IMG/VR virus record: IMGVR_UViG_3300031673_000001
DNA: 64,000 nt
Strand: one strand, 5' to 3'
Source of the DNA: a virus
Lineage: Duplodnaviria > Caudoviricetes
Below, piece by piece: positions 10,154 to 19,947 of the stretch. Numbering within the stretch: the first letter of the stretch is position 1; each line of letters begins with the position of its first letter. The translations under genes were made by a program, and so were the position numbers. Below the pieces are notes generated by a model. That model was not told the origin of the DNA and made no database searches. It was given only the letters and a program-made list of their open reading frames with translations.

Positions 10154-11130
10154 TTGGAATTTATCAAGATTCATTTATAGATTATTTAAAAGATAGATTA
10201 GGTGTTCATCCAAAGATAACTGCAAAGAATATTATTACGAGATGCCCATATTGTGAACATGGAAGAGATCGAGATCATTATCATTTATATATAGGGTTGG
10301 ATATTCCAATTTTCAATTGTTTTGGAGCAGGATGTAACACTCATGGATTTATTGCAAAGTTTATAAGTAAAATAGAAGGTCATGATATATCAGATCAATT
10401 TATAGACAAAAAATCATTACAACAAGCAGCAAGATCAAGAAAAGAATTTACGACTGATGAAAAAATAACAAAACTAAAAATACCAGAAATAAATATAAAT
10501 TCTTTTCCATATAAACATCTTTACATTCAAAAAAGATTAAAGTTTGCAAATATTTCAATTAAATATATTAAAGGGTTAATCTTTGATATACACGAATTTT
10601 TGAATATCAATAACATTCCAGTAAGTGAAACCCTTGGAAGATTGAGAGATTATCTACATAATAATTTTGTTGGATTTGTTACAGAAAGACATTCAATGGT
10701 AATCTTTAGAAATATAGATCATTCTCAATCAATGAAACATTATAAGTTATTTATCCAACCAACAAATTTTTTAGATTACTATAAATTATTAGGAAATAAA
10801 AAAGATTCTAATCGAATAATCCTTGCTGAAGGAATATTTGATATTTATACAGAACATATATTTGATTTTTTAAATATTAAACATGATGTCTCTTTATATG
10901 CTTCAGTTCTTTCATCTAAATATCTTTCTTTAATAAAAAGCATAATATTCAATGAACAGATATTCAGACCTGATGTAATTATATTATCAGATAATAATAT
11001 CAAGGATGAAGAATATAAAAAATTGAAGAAATACAATTCACATTTATTTAATTCTCTTACAGTCTATTATAATAAATATAGAAAAGACTTCAATGAGACA
11101 CCTGTTATTTTAGAAGAAAATATCATTTAA
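10150..11130 (+). CDS. DNA primase (T4 gp61-like)
   Basis: N-terminal Zn site CPYC...FNCFGAGC and TOPRIM motifs LAEGIFD and SDN. Confidence 0.8.
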   Translation: MIGIYQDSFIDYLKDRLGVHPKITAKNIITRCPYCEHGRDRDHYHLYIGLDIPIFNCFGAGCNTHGFIAKFISKIEGHDISDQFIDKKSLQQAARSRKEFTTDEKITKLKIPEININSFPYKHLYIQKRLKFANISIKYIKGLIFDIHEFLNINNIPVSETLGRLRDYLHNNFVGFVTERHSMVIFRNIDHSQSMKHYKLFIQPTNFLDYYKLLGNKKDSNRIILAEGIFDIYTEHIFDFLNIKHDVSLYASVLSSKYLSLIKSIIFNEQIFRPDVIILSDNNIKDEEYKKLKKYNSHLFNSLTVYYNKYRKDFNETPVILEENII

Positions 11131-11146
11131 AAGGAGACAAATACTA

Positions 11147-11536
11147 ATGAATTATATTGTTGAAAGATTACAAGAAGTTTTTGAATCCACAATTGAATCA
11201 GATCAGACATACGCTGGACCCGTTGAAACTATTGACTATTACTCATTATTTTGTAAAGCAGCATCTAATAATAATTTGTATAAATTAATGGGAAATAATT
11301 TTTGTATGTTTAAATGTGGTTATAAGGGAAAAGATGCAATTATGACAATGTTCTCGATACCAATTAATAATCAAGATGAATCTCCGGGAGCAAAAAATGT
11401 TGCAGAAAGAATTATGGAAGTAGTTGAACATTCAGAAAAATATTTTATTACAATTGACAGTATGAGATCCGAAGAGGTGAAAGAAGATAAATTTGTATAT
11501 GTAACTATGATTAAAGTTTTGGAAGGAGGAATTTGA
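11147..11536 (+). CDS. Hypothetical protein
   Basis: 129-aa ORF with AGGAG RBS. Confidence 0.55.
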   Translation: MNYIVERLQEVFESTIESDQTYAGPVETIDYYSLFCKAASNNNLYKLMGNNFCMFKCGYKGKDAIMTMFSIPINNQDESPGAKNVAERIMEVVEHSEKYFITIDSMRSEEVKEDKFVYVTMIKVLEGGI

Positions 11537-11769
11537 TGAATAGACAGCGAAGTAAATGGATTCAGAGACTTTTTATTGCAATGGATCCAGGTTTGATTCT
11601 TTCTATGAATAAAATCTATGGAGATGAAGACACTAAACTACAACCAAGAAAATTACATCGAAGAGCAAAAAGAATGTGGAATCAACATGATCCATCAACT
11701 AAAACTTGGGGTAAAATGTCACAAGTTAAAATGAAAGGAGTTAGAAATGACAGAAGAAGCAACAGATAG
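11533..11769 (+). CDS. Hypothetical basic protein
   Basis: 78-aa ORF with coupled overlaps and GGAGG RBS. Confidence 0.5.
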   Translation: MMNRQRSKWIQRLFIAMDPGLILSMNKIYGDEDTKLQPRKLHRRAKRMWNQHDPSTKTWGKMSQVKMKGVRNDRRSNR

Positions 11770-12532
11770 AAGTTTTAATCTAGATCAAGAACAATTTGGG
11801 CATTTTATTAGATGTCTGAATAATATAAAAGAAATATGTAATGATATTGATATTCGTGGTGGAATTGTTCGACAGAGAAGTAATGATCGTTCATGTATCT
11901 TTGAATTTGATATGCAAAATATTTTTACCGATATTTCCATGCCAATTTCAGATATTAAAAAGAAATTAGATTTGTTGAAATCGTTTGTAGGACAACAGGA
12001 TATTAAATTTGATATTCATACTGAAGGTCAAGAATCAGAATCCTATTTTATAATTTCAGATCAAATCTCTTCAATTAAATTTATGTTTCCAGCAATACAA
12101 TTCATTGATAATAATTTTATGACTCAAGCAGAACTTGATAGTGTTTTATCCATCAATGAAGAAGAACTTCTTTTAGAAACCAAATTATCAACTTTAATAA
12201 CTGATAGAATTAGAATCATCACAGACAATTTTAATTGTCCAGCTATTCAAGTTGTATTCAATGAGCAAACAGCATCAATTCAAACCCAGACTCAATCAAA
12301 AGATCAATATGCAGTATTTATGAAAGATATACCAACTAATATTATTCTTGAACCTTGTGCAGTTAATTTAGTAACAATGCTTTTTAAAATGGAGCATGAT
12401 ACACAGGTTGATTTTAATATGTATAAGGATTCTGAAAGAGCAATTACAATAAATAAATTAGAAACAACTATTGGAGATATTGAAGCTAGAATCTATTCAA
12501 GATCTTCAGTTGTTCCATTAGATGAAGAATAA
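11747..12532 (+). CDS. Putative sliding clamp (gp45/PCNA-like)
   Basis: 261-aa acidic protein with a repeating beta/alpha pattern, located next to the clamp loader and primase. Confidence 0.55.
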   Translation: MTEEATDRSFNLDQEQFGHFIRCLNNIKEICNDIDIRGGIVRQRSNDRSCIFEFDMQNIFTDISMPISDIKKKLDLLKSFVGQQDIKFDIHTEGQESESYFIISDQISSIKFMFPAIQFIDNNFMTQAELDSVLSINEEELLLETKLSTLITDRIRIITDNFNCPAIQVVFNEQTASIQTQTQSKDQYAVFMKDIPTNIILEPCAVNLVTMLFKMEHDTQVDFNMYKDSERAITINKLETTIGDIEARIYSRSSVVPLDEE

Positions 12533-12559
12533 TAGAAGATATGGTTATGAGGTAAAATA

Positions 12560-13687
12560 ATGCATCCAAGTTCTCTATTAAGCTATTATCCCACATATAA
12601 TATATTAGATCAGATTGTTTCATATAATGATTATAAGAAATTAAATATTTTTATTGATTTAAAAAATACTTTGCAAACTACCTATATGGAGCATGCAATT
12701 GTAAATATAATCCAGAATTCAAAGAATACAAAATATGTGGATACTTCAATTTTTTCATCTGTAGTTTCATTTTTAGCATTCCATAAAATCTATGCGATGA
12801 AAAGAGGAATTGAAGTTAATTTTATTATTTTCTTTGAATCTGGAAACTCATCTTATCATAAAAACATATCAAAAAAATATAAAATATCTAGAAAGATTGA
12901 TGACTTATACGGACTTGATAGAGAAGATAGGGAATTATTCTATAATGTTTTAATGAAAAATTTTCAATTGATTGAAAAATCTTTGAATATGATGCCTTCA
13001 GTTACAGTTATTCGTTTGCCAGGGTTAGAAGCTGATTTTATTCCATATTATCTATTGAGTCGTGGTCATATTGCAGTTGACGGTTCTGTCTGTAATATAA
13101 CATATTCAAATGATCACGACTTATGGCAATGTGCTGCTAATCATTCTTATATTTATTCCAAATCAGCAAAATCTAGAAAAATTATAAAAGCAGGAACTAT
13201 CATGGATCTCATTTTGAAAAAACCAAATAATATTCCTGATATTTATGCTCCATTAGCTATGGCAGTCATAGGAGATCCAGGAGATGATATTGACGGAATT
13301 AATGGAGTTGGTCCAGTGGGTTTTCTTGAAATCTTTGATCAGTTAATTGCTTTAACTGGAACGATGGGAGAAATATACAAAAAACTTCAAAAGAATGAAG
13401 ATTTGTTTAAAGTAGTACCTATTAAAGTAGTTAATAAAAAATTAGATAAAGTTATTAAACAAGAAATTAAAACAAAAGTTTTATCAAAAGCTATTAAACT
13501 AATATCATTTGAACTGCTTTCTATAGCATTAGATGATCCAAATACAACAGAAATGTTAGATAAGAGAAACCTAATAGAAAAGAGAATGTCAGAGAAAAAA
13601 ATAGTTCCTTTGGAATCAATGAAAGTCGCTTTAATAAAAAGTGGAGTTTTTCTAGAAGAAAACTCAATAGAATATTTATATATTTAA
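12560..13687 (+). CDS. 5'-3' exonuclease / flap endonuclease (T4 RNase H-like)
   Basis: LEADF, SNDHDL and H3TH motif GDPGDDIDGINGVGP. Confidence 0.8.
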   Translation: MHPSSLLSYYPTYNILDQIVSYNDYKKLNIFIDLKNTLQTTYMEHAIVNIIQNSKNTKYVDTSIFSSVVSFLAFHKIYAMKRGIEVNFIIFFESGNSSYHKNISKKYKISRKIDDLYGLDREDRELFYNVLMKNFQLIEKSLNMMPSVTVIRLPGLEADFIPYYLLSRGHIAVDGSVCNITYSNDHDLWQCAANHSYIYSKSAKSRKIIKAGTIMDLILKKPNNIPDIYAPLAMAVIGDPGDDIDGINGVGPVGFLEIFDQLIALTGTMGEIYKKLQKNEDLFKVVPIKVVNKKLDKVIKQEIKTKVLSKAIKLISFELLSIALDDPNTTEMLDKRNLIEKRMSEKKIVPLESMKVALIKSGVFLEENSIEYLYI

Positions 13688-13738
13688 CCAACTTCATTTT
13701 AGAACAAATTAAAAATATGATGTATAGGGGACAATTAA

Positions 13739-14458
13739 ATGCTAAATAAATCAGAAGTGTTAGAATATGTAAAGTCCAATCTAGGTTTTCCTTTTATGCA
13801 TCTTGAGTTAGAAGATGAACAAATACTGGAATATATAACTAAAAACACTCGAAAGACATTCTCTTATTATATTCCACAGAAAGTAATGACCTCATTGAAT
13901 ACTACAGTTGAGTCTAACAAGGTGCCTGGAAAAGGAAATGAATATTATATTACTGAACCAGATGGTATGGAGATATTAAATGTAGTTGATATTTACACAA
14001 CATCTGGTGAACTTTATATGTTTGGTCATCCACCAATGGGAGTGTTTTCACATTTTGAGTTGAGAGAATGGGCACTATCCGTGAGTATGGCAATGGATAC
14101 TAAAATGTTTTCTTCATTTGATTATACATTTGAGTTTAAACATCCTAATGTTATAAGAATTTCTCCTCTAACATCTGCACTTGGTTGGGTTGCTGTTGAA
14201 TATGAAAGAATGCAACCTGAGGATTTATCTGGAATACCCAATGATATTCAACTAGATTTTAAAAATCTAGCACTTGCAGATGTTATGATGGTTATTGGTA
14301 GGATTCGAAAAAGATATGGGGGAGGGACTCTTAGAACTCCATTTGGGGAGATTCCTCTTGAATCAGATGTGTATGATGAGGGGAAAGAGTTAAAGAGAGA
14401 GATCATTGAAAAATTAGAAAGATTATTCATCCCAAATGTGAGAATTGATTTTGGATAA
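13739..14458 (+). CDS. Neck protein (T4 gp13-like)
   Basis: N-terminal LGFPFMHLELEDEQI resembles gp13 LGAPIINVEL. C-terminal GRIRKRYGG...G..LKREIIEKL. Confidence 0.7.
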   Translation: MLNKSEVLEYVKSNLGFPFMHLELEDEQILEYITKNTRKTFSYYIPQKVMTSLNTTVESNKVPGKGNEYYITEPDGMEILNVVDIYTTSGELYMFGHPPMGVFSHFELREWALSVSMAMDTKMFSSFDYTFEFKHPNVIRISPLTSALGWVAVEYERMQPEDLSGIPNDIQLDFKNLALADVMMVIGRIRKRYGGGTLRTPFGEIPLESDVYDEGKELKREIIEKLERLFIPNVRIDFG

Positions 14459-14475
14459 AAAAAGGATATTATATA

Positions 14476-15009
14476 ATGTCGAAAGCAAATGAAGTTATTA
14501 GAGCTGAACAGGAAGAATGTACAATTGAAAAGAAATGTTTATCAGACCCCAAGTTTGTTGGATTAGATTTGTCTTATACTGGCACTGGCGTAATTGTGCT
14601 TGACAACGACGGACAAATTTTAGAACAAAAACTTATAAGCACTAATGCTAAATCTGATACGGAGGATAGAATAATAGAAATTCAGAATGAAATTAAATTT
14701 ATTCCAACGATAGTAGGATTGAGCAGTGTTTTTGTTGAAGGACCTTCTTATTCAAGTAGAGGGGATCAAATGATTCAAATGGGTGCTTTAAATATTTTTA
14801 TACGAATTTTTTTTCGTAAAAAAAATATAAAATTTAGAGTAATAGCTCCACAGACACTCAAAAAATGGGTGGCTGGAACTGGGAGAGCTGCAAAGGAAAT
14901 GATGTTACTCCACGTATATAAAAGGTGGGGAATTGAGTTTGAGGATAATAACTTAGCAGATGCCTATGGATTGGCACGAATGTCAATGGAGGAAGAAAAA
15001 AATGAGTAA
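14476..15009 (+). CDS. ruvC: RuvC-like Holliday junction resolvase
   Basis: VGLDLSYTGTG, FVEG, PQTLKKWVAGTGRAAKE, DNNLADAYGLA. Confidence 0.85.
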   Translation: MSKANEVIRAEQEECTIEKKCLSDPKFVGLDLSYTGTGVIVLDNDGQILEQKLISTNAKSDTEDRIIEIQNEIKFIPTIVGLSSVFVEGPSYSSRGDQMIQMGALNIFIRIFFRKKNIKFRVIAPQTLKKWVAGTGRAAKEMMLLHVYKRWGIEFEDNNLADAYGLARMSMEEEKNE

Positions 15010-15706
15010 AGTTGATACACTATTACAAGAGATTTATGTAGACATGATGTTAGAAGAAGCTGATGAGTTCATTGAAAATTTTGAGTTAGGACTTGTCACA
15101 GAAGCAGATACTTGGGCAAAAGTAGCTCAAACCAAACAACAGTATATGGCCATGGTAGATAAAGCTAGAGAAGCAAAAGCAGCTGGCAATTCTGATCTGT
15201 ACAATAAGCTTATGGCACAGGTAGGTAAGTTAAAAGAAAAATGGGAAGAATTAAAAACATTGGCCAAAGGTGCTGCCAGTTCTGCAGCTACAAAAGGTAG
15301 TGAATTAGTGACTAAAGCTCAAGGAGCAGTTGCTGGTGCTACTCCAGGTCAAAAACTTATGGTTGGTGGTGCTGCTGCTGCTGTTGCTGCTATTGCTGCT
15401 GGTGTTGTAATTTATAAAAAGTTCTTTAGTCAAGCAGCTAAAGCGTGTAAAGGCAAATCAGGTCCCGACAAGAAAAAATGTCTGGCAAGTTTTAAAGTTA
15501 AGGGACTACAAGCAGCTAAATCAAAAATTCTTGCTGGTATGTCTAAATGTAAAGATGACAAGTGTAAAGCAAAACTAAAAGCTAAAGCTCAAAGTTTTGA
15601 TGCAAAGATCAATTCTATGAAAGGTGCAGTCGCAGAAGCTGTTATCAATGAATATGTTGGTGAATATATTTCCGAGTTGTTTCTAGAAGGTCTAGAAAAA
15701 AACTAA
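15002..15706 (+). CDS. Putative head-packaged Ala/Cys-rich protein (paralog of 18700..19587)
   Basis: Probable start MSKVDTLLQE. A hydrophobic helix precedes YKKFFSQAAKACKG...C...C...C. Confidence 0.6.
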   Translation: MSKVDTLLQEIYVDMMLEEADEFIENFELGLVTEADTWAKVAQTKQQYMAMVDKAREAKAAGNSDLYNKLMAQVGKLKEKWEELKTLAKGAASSAATKGSELVTKAQGAVAGATPGQKLMVGGAAAAVAAIAAGVVIYKKFFSQAAKACKGKSGPDKKKCLASFKVKGLQAAKSKILAGMSKCKDDKCKAKLKAKAQSFDAKINSMKGAVAEAVINEYVGEYISELFLEGLEKN

Positions 15707-15744
15707 TCGAGACAGTCTCGTATGAACCCAAAAAGGGTGATACG

Positions 15745-16107
15745 ATGTACTGTCAGATATGCGGGAGAAAAGCGCATTGTCTGAATAATGGCAAAGGTCC
15801 TCTCATTTGTTGTGGAAAACCGATGACGAAATCATTAGTAGCTGAAGCTGAAGGATGGGTCGGTTTTCCCAAGGGATGGACAGACAGCAGCGTTGAAAAA
15901 TTTGGAAAAACACTTGTTAAGGGTGGTGCAACCAAAAAGAATTTTTTTGATAAGTGCGTCGAAAAAATGAAAGATAAAGTTGACAATCCACAAGGATTTT
16001 GCGCTGGGTTGAAGGATGAAGCTCATGGTTCAACACACTGGCGAGGGAAGGGAAAGACATCCCAACAAGTACGTAAAGATGTTAAGGCGCATCAAAATGT
16101 TACATAA
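15745..16107 (+). CDS. Desulforedoxin-like metal site fused to a phage domain
   Basis: MYCQICG...GPLICCGKPM matches the CxxC-x11/12-CC desulforedoxin pattern. Confidence 0.65.
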   Translation: MYCQICGRKAHCLNNGKGPLICCGKPMTKSLVAEAEGWVGFPKGWTDSSVEKFGKTLVKGGATKKNFFDKCVEKMKDKVDNPQGFCAGLKDEAHGSTHWRGKGKTSQQVRKDVKAHQNVT

Positions 16108-16115
16108 GGATATCA

Positions 16116-17246
16116 ATGCTCAAATATATCACCATAATAATAATATTTGTATTGATGCTTTTCGCATGTAGTGATAAAAAGAGTACGGATCCTATTACAA
16201 ATGATGGAAAGAAATGGAGAATAGGATATTATGAAGGTGGTCCTTATAAAGATTATCAGACATATTTTATAGCATTAGTAAAGGGATTAGAGAAATTAAA
16301 ATGGATACCTGAAGTAAATATTCCAAAACGTATTGGCAATAGCGATAACAGAGAAATATGGGATTATCTTTCAAAAATTGATAGTGAATATATAGAATTT
16401 GTAAAGGAAGCTTATTGGTCAGCTGATTGGTATGAGGAAAAACGGGATATTAATAAGTTAAATGCTATTGTTTATCTTCAAAAGAAAAAGCTCGATTTAA
16501 TAATAGCTGCAGGAACATGGGCAGGATTAGATCTAGCAAATAATAGTCATCAAATACCAGTTATAGTAATATCTAGTAGTGATCCTGTTAGAGCTGGTAT
16601 TATAAAGAGTTGTAAAGATTCTGGATTAACTAACGTTTATTCTCCTTGTGATCCTGAACAATATGTAAGACAAATAAGAGTTTTTCATAATATTGTAGAG
16701 TTTAAAAAATTAGGTATTGTATATGAAGATACACCAGAGGGTAGAATTTATGCATCTTTAGATGATGCAGATATAGTCGCTAAAGAAAAAAATTTTGAAG
16801 TAATTACCTGTATAGCTAGAGATTACAATCAAACTGATTATGAATCAATGCTACTTATGTATAAATGTCATGAAGAATTAGCTACTAAAGTCGACGCTCT
16901 ATATATAACAGCTCATCGAGGAACAGATCCTAAATTTATGCCAAAGGTATTGGAACCCTTATTTAAATATAAAATTCCAACATTCGCACAAGAGGGTCCC
17001 GATCAAGTTGAATGTGGAGTGATGCTGAGCATCGCCAGGAGTGATGAAGAAAATAGAGGTCTGTTCAATGCTACTACAATAGCAAGAATATTTAATGGAG
17101 AAACTCCAAGAAACATTAGTCAAATATTTAAAGAAGAAAAAAGAATAGTTATAAACCTGGAAACAGCAAGAATTATTGGATATAAAATTCCTAAATCCAT
17201 CATAGATGCTGCAGATTATACATATAAGAAGATAGAAAATGATTAG
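16116..17246 (+). CDS. ABC-type substrate-binding lipoprotein (ABC_sub_bind/TrpX-like)
   Basis: Lipobox LFAC. Motifs IPVIVISSSDPVRAGII, KKLGIVYEDT, DALYIT and IVINLETARIIGYKIP. Confidence 0.85.
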   Translation: MLKYITIIIIFVLMLFACSDKKSTDPITNDGKKWRIGYYEGGPYKDYQTYFIALVKGLEKLKWIPEVNIPKRIGNSDNREIWDYLSKIDSEYIEFVKEAYWSADWYEEKRDINKLNAIVYLQKKKLDLIIAAGTWAGLDLANNSHQIPVIVISSSDPVRAGIIKSCKDSGLTNVYSPCDPEQYVRQIRVFHNIVEFKKLGIVYEDTPEGRIYASLDDADIVAKEKNFEVITCIARDYNQTDYESMLLMYKCHEELATKVDALYITAHRGTDPKFMPKVLEPLFKYKIPTFAQEGPDQVECGVMLSIARSDEENRGLFNATTIARIFNGETPRNISQIFKEEKRIVINLETARIIGYKIPKSIIDAADYTYKKIEND

Positions 17247-18687
17247 AAAGAAATCAACATATAAGATTCTATTTGCATCATTCTTATTTGGAATTGCATT
17301 CTGGATACTTCAAAGCATTCAATATTATTTTTTATTTACTGAAAGAATAAGATTTTTAATTTTTCAAGCTCCTATGTCATTTATGGATTCTTTAATTTTT
17401 AATATTCCCCCCAATGATTTAATTGTTAGACTTTCATTTATATTAGCGTGTCTTATAGCAGGTATCTTAACAGCTAGATTTTTATATATTATACAAAATA
17501 GAACAATTGAACAAGAGAATCTAAAAATACAACTTATTCAATCTCAAAAAATGGAAACTGTTGGGGTATTAGCAGGTGGAATGGCGCATGATTTTAACAA
17601 TCTTTTAACTACAATATCAGGATATACTCAATTAATTATTTATGATAAGTCCGAAGATCATGAAGATTATAGTAAATTGCAAAAGATTATAAATTCTGTT
17701 GAAAGAGCTAATGAGATAACATCTAGATTACTTACACTTGGATCTAAAGTTCAAACCCAAAAAAAAATTATTAATTTAAATAATAGTATTGTAGAGTCAC
17801 TAAAATTATTAACCAGCACTATATTTAAAATGATTGAGATTAATAATTTTTTAGAAGATGCTCCTCAAATAATTGAAGCAGATTCTGGGCAGATTCAGCA
17901 AATTATAATGAATCTAGTTATAAATTCTAGAGATTCTATGCCAAATGGGGGCAAAATAACTATAACTACAGAAACTGTAACATGCCCAAAAGAATGTATA
18001 ATAAAACAAAAAAATTATAGCAATACCAGTACCTTTCCTAAGAGTGGAGATTATGTATTACTTAGTATTAAGGATAACGGGGGCGGAATTCCAAAAGAAG
18101 TAATAGATTCTATTTTTGATCCATTTTTTACTACCAAACAAATTAATAAAGGTACAGGTCTTGGTTTAACAATGGTTTATGAAATTGTTAAGAACCATGG
18201 AGCATACATAATATGTTACAGCACAGTTGGAGAAGGAACCACTTTTGAGATATATTTTCCATTGAGTAAAAAAGAAATTGAACCAGAACAATCCAGTGTA
18301 TTTATTGAAACAAAAAGTGGTAGTGAAACAATCCTGGTAATTGATGATGAAGAAAATATAAGAGATATAACCAAAACTGCGCTTAATAGAAAAGGTTATA
18401 ATGTATTTACTTCTTCTACTGGAGAAGATGGTTTAGATATTTATAATAATAATAAAGTAGATTTAGTGGTATTGGATATTATTATGCCTGGAATGGGAGG
18501 AATAAAATGTCTTTCTAAACTTCTTGAAATAAATTCTAAAGCTAAAGTTATTGCAATTAGTGGGTTTTCCAATAAAAACTCAAATGATTTCCTTAAATTG
18601 GGAGCAAAAAGATTTGTTTCAAAACCGTTTGATATTAATTACTTGCTTTTAGAAATTCGAAATACTTTGGATCAAAAAATTAAGTGA
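17239..18687 (+). CDS. Membrane hybrid sensor histidine kinase (HisKA-HATPase-REC)
   Basis: Two TM helices. H-box [14 protein letters not shown]-box [11 protein letters not shown]1 DNGGGIP, F-box FDPFFTTK, G2 GTGLGL. REC motifs LVIDDEE, LDIIMPG and KPF. Confidence 0.95.
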   Translation: MIRKKSTYKILFASFLFGIAFWILQSIQYYFLFTERIRFLIFQAPMSFMDSLIFNIPPNDLIVRLSFILACLIAGILTARFLYIIQNRTIEQENLKIQLIQSQKMETVGVLAGGMAHDFNNLLTTISGYTQLIIYDKSEDHEDYSKLQKIINSVERANEITSRLLTLGSKVQTQKKIINLNNSIVESLKLLTSTIFKMIEINNFLEDAPQIIEADSGQIQQIIMNLVINSRDSMPNGGKITITTETVTCPKECIIKQKNYSNTSTFPKSGDYVLLSIKDNGGGIPKEVIDSIFDPFFTTKQINKGTGLGLTMVYEIVKNHGAYIICYSTVGEGTTFEIYFPLSKKEIEPEQSSVFIETKSGSETILVIDDEENIRDITKTALNRKGYNVFTSSTGEDGLDIYNNNKVDLVVLDIIMPGMGGIKCLSKLLEINSKAKVIAISGFSNKNSNDFLKLGAKRFVSKPFDINYLLLEIRNTLDQKIK

Positions 18688-18699
18688 GGATAAATTATT

Positions 18700-19587
18700 A
18701 TGCCAAATTTTGACTATGCCAAACTTTATGATAATGCTCGTACAAATGTGGGTTTGATAAAAACATACTTGGGCAAACTTAATGGTTTATTAGTTCGAGC
18801 AAAAGAAACTGGCGATAAAAAATTAATAGATAAAGTTGAAAAAGGTATTCAGCATACAAGTAAAGTATTGAAGAATGGAACGAAAAAACTTGATGATATT
18901 AAACTAGGAACTTCTCATAAACCTACTGGAGCTAAACCTTTATCTTCAGTTCCAGTTCCAAAATTATTACCACAAACTCCAAAATCCGCTCCTCGTGAGT
19001 TTGATAATGTGCAACTTGTTGCATTTACTGGTGCAGCAATAGCTTTTACAGCTATAGTAGCATCTGCTATTTTATATAAACGATTTCTTAGTAGAGCTGC
19101 CAAAGCTTGTACAGGACAAAAAGGATTTCAAAAAGAAAATTGTATGACAAAGTTTAAAATAGCAGGTTATGAAGCTTCTGTAAAGTCATTACAAAGAAAT
19201 TTACCAGATTGTTCTCAAGCACAAGATCCTTTTAAATGTAAACATAAAATTCAAGATAAAATTGTTTCATATGCTGCCAAGATAAGAAAGCATAAAAAGA
19301 AATTAAGTGAAACTACATCTATGAATTTTCTTAATGGTTATTTAGAATATCTAAATGAAGATAGAGGTATTAATCTTCCAATTGAAGCAGATAATAAACC
19401 AAACTATATTAGAATCTGTATGATGCAAGAGGATGATAGAGTTAAAATTAGATGCCTTAGAAAATTAAAAGAGATAACAGCAATGAATCCATTTTATCAA
19501 TATCGTATTGATAGATTTGTTGATGCAATTACTAATACTTATGAAGCAACAAGAGAACCTGGATTCAATGAGTATAAAAATGATTGA
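18700..19587 (+). CDS. Putative head-packaged Cys-rich protein (paralog of 15002..15706)
   Basis: Hydrophobic helix, then LYKRFLSRAAKACTG...C...C...C. Internal YLEYLNE motif. Confidence 0.6.
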   Translation: MPNFDYAKLYDNARTNVGLIKTYLGKLNGLLVRAKETGDKKLIDKVEKGIQHTSKVLKNGTKKLDDIKLGTSHKPTGAKPLSSVPVPKLLPQTPKSAPREFDNVQLVAFTGAAIAFTAIVASAILYKRFLSRAAKACTGQKGFQKENCMTKFKIAGYEASVKSLQRNLPDCSQAQDPFKCKHKIQDKIVSYAAKIRKHKKKLSETTSMNFLNGYLEYLNEDRGINLPIEADNKPNYIRICMMQEDDRVKIRCLRKLKEITAMNPFYQYRIDRFVDAITNTYEATREPGFNEYKND

Positions 19588-19621
19588 TACCTATCTTAAA
19601 TATCTACAAGAGGAAAAGTAA
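19580..19621 (+). CDS. 13-aa mini-ORF MIDTYLKYLQEEK
   Basis: Translated by hand. It overlaps the upstream stop, and its TAA overlaps the next ATG (TAATG). Confidence 0.45.
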   Translation: MIDTYLKYLQEEK

Positions 19622-19947
19622 TGAAATTACTTGAAATTTATCTATATTTTCTTCAAGAAAAAGAATGGGATGGAGATAGCGATATTAAATCAAATGATTT
19701 AGATATAATTCGCAAATTACTTTTAACTCTTGGTGGACAGGAAGAAGAACTAAATAATAAATGCCATAATATTCAACCAACATTGATGGGTCTTATTGCT
19801 AATACAGGAGGAGATTATAAAGGGAGAACGACAGCAGCAAATACAAAAAGAGATCCAAGAAGTGGTTTTGCTATACTAAAAAAATATTTACCAAAAAATT
19901 GGAAGGAATTGCTACATAAAGCTCCAATTAAAATAGGGCATGATTAA
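19621..19947 (+). CDS. Hypothetical protein with YFLQE leader
   Basis: 108-aa ORF, translationally coupled to its neighbours. Confidence 0.55.
   Translation: MKLLEIYLYFLQEKEWDGDSDIKSNDLDIIRKLLLTLGGQEEELNNKCHNIQPTLMGLIANTGGDYKGRTTAANTKRDPRSGFAILKKYLPKNWKELLHKAPIKIGHD

Noticed and set aside
16116-18687. Host chromosome segment or prophage boundary at the kinase locus
   Set aside because: Base composition matches the flanks, both flanks are paralogous phage genes, and no integrase, att site or housekeeping genes were seen. A misassembly can only be excluded with reads.
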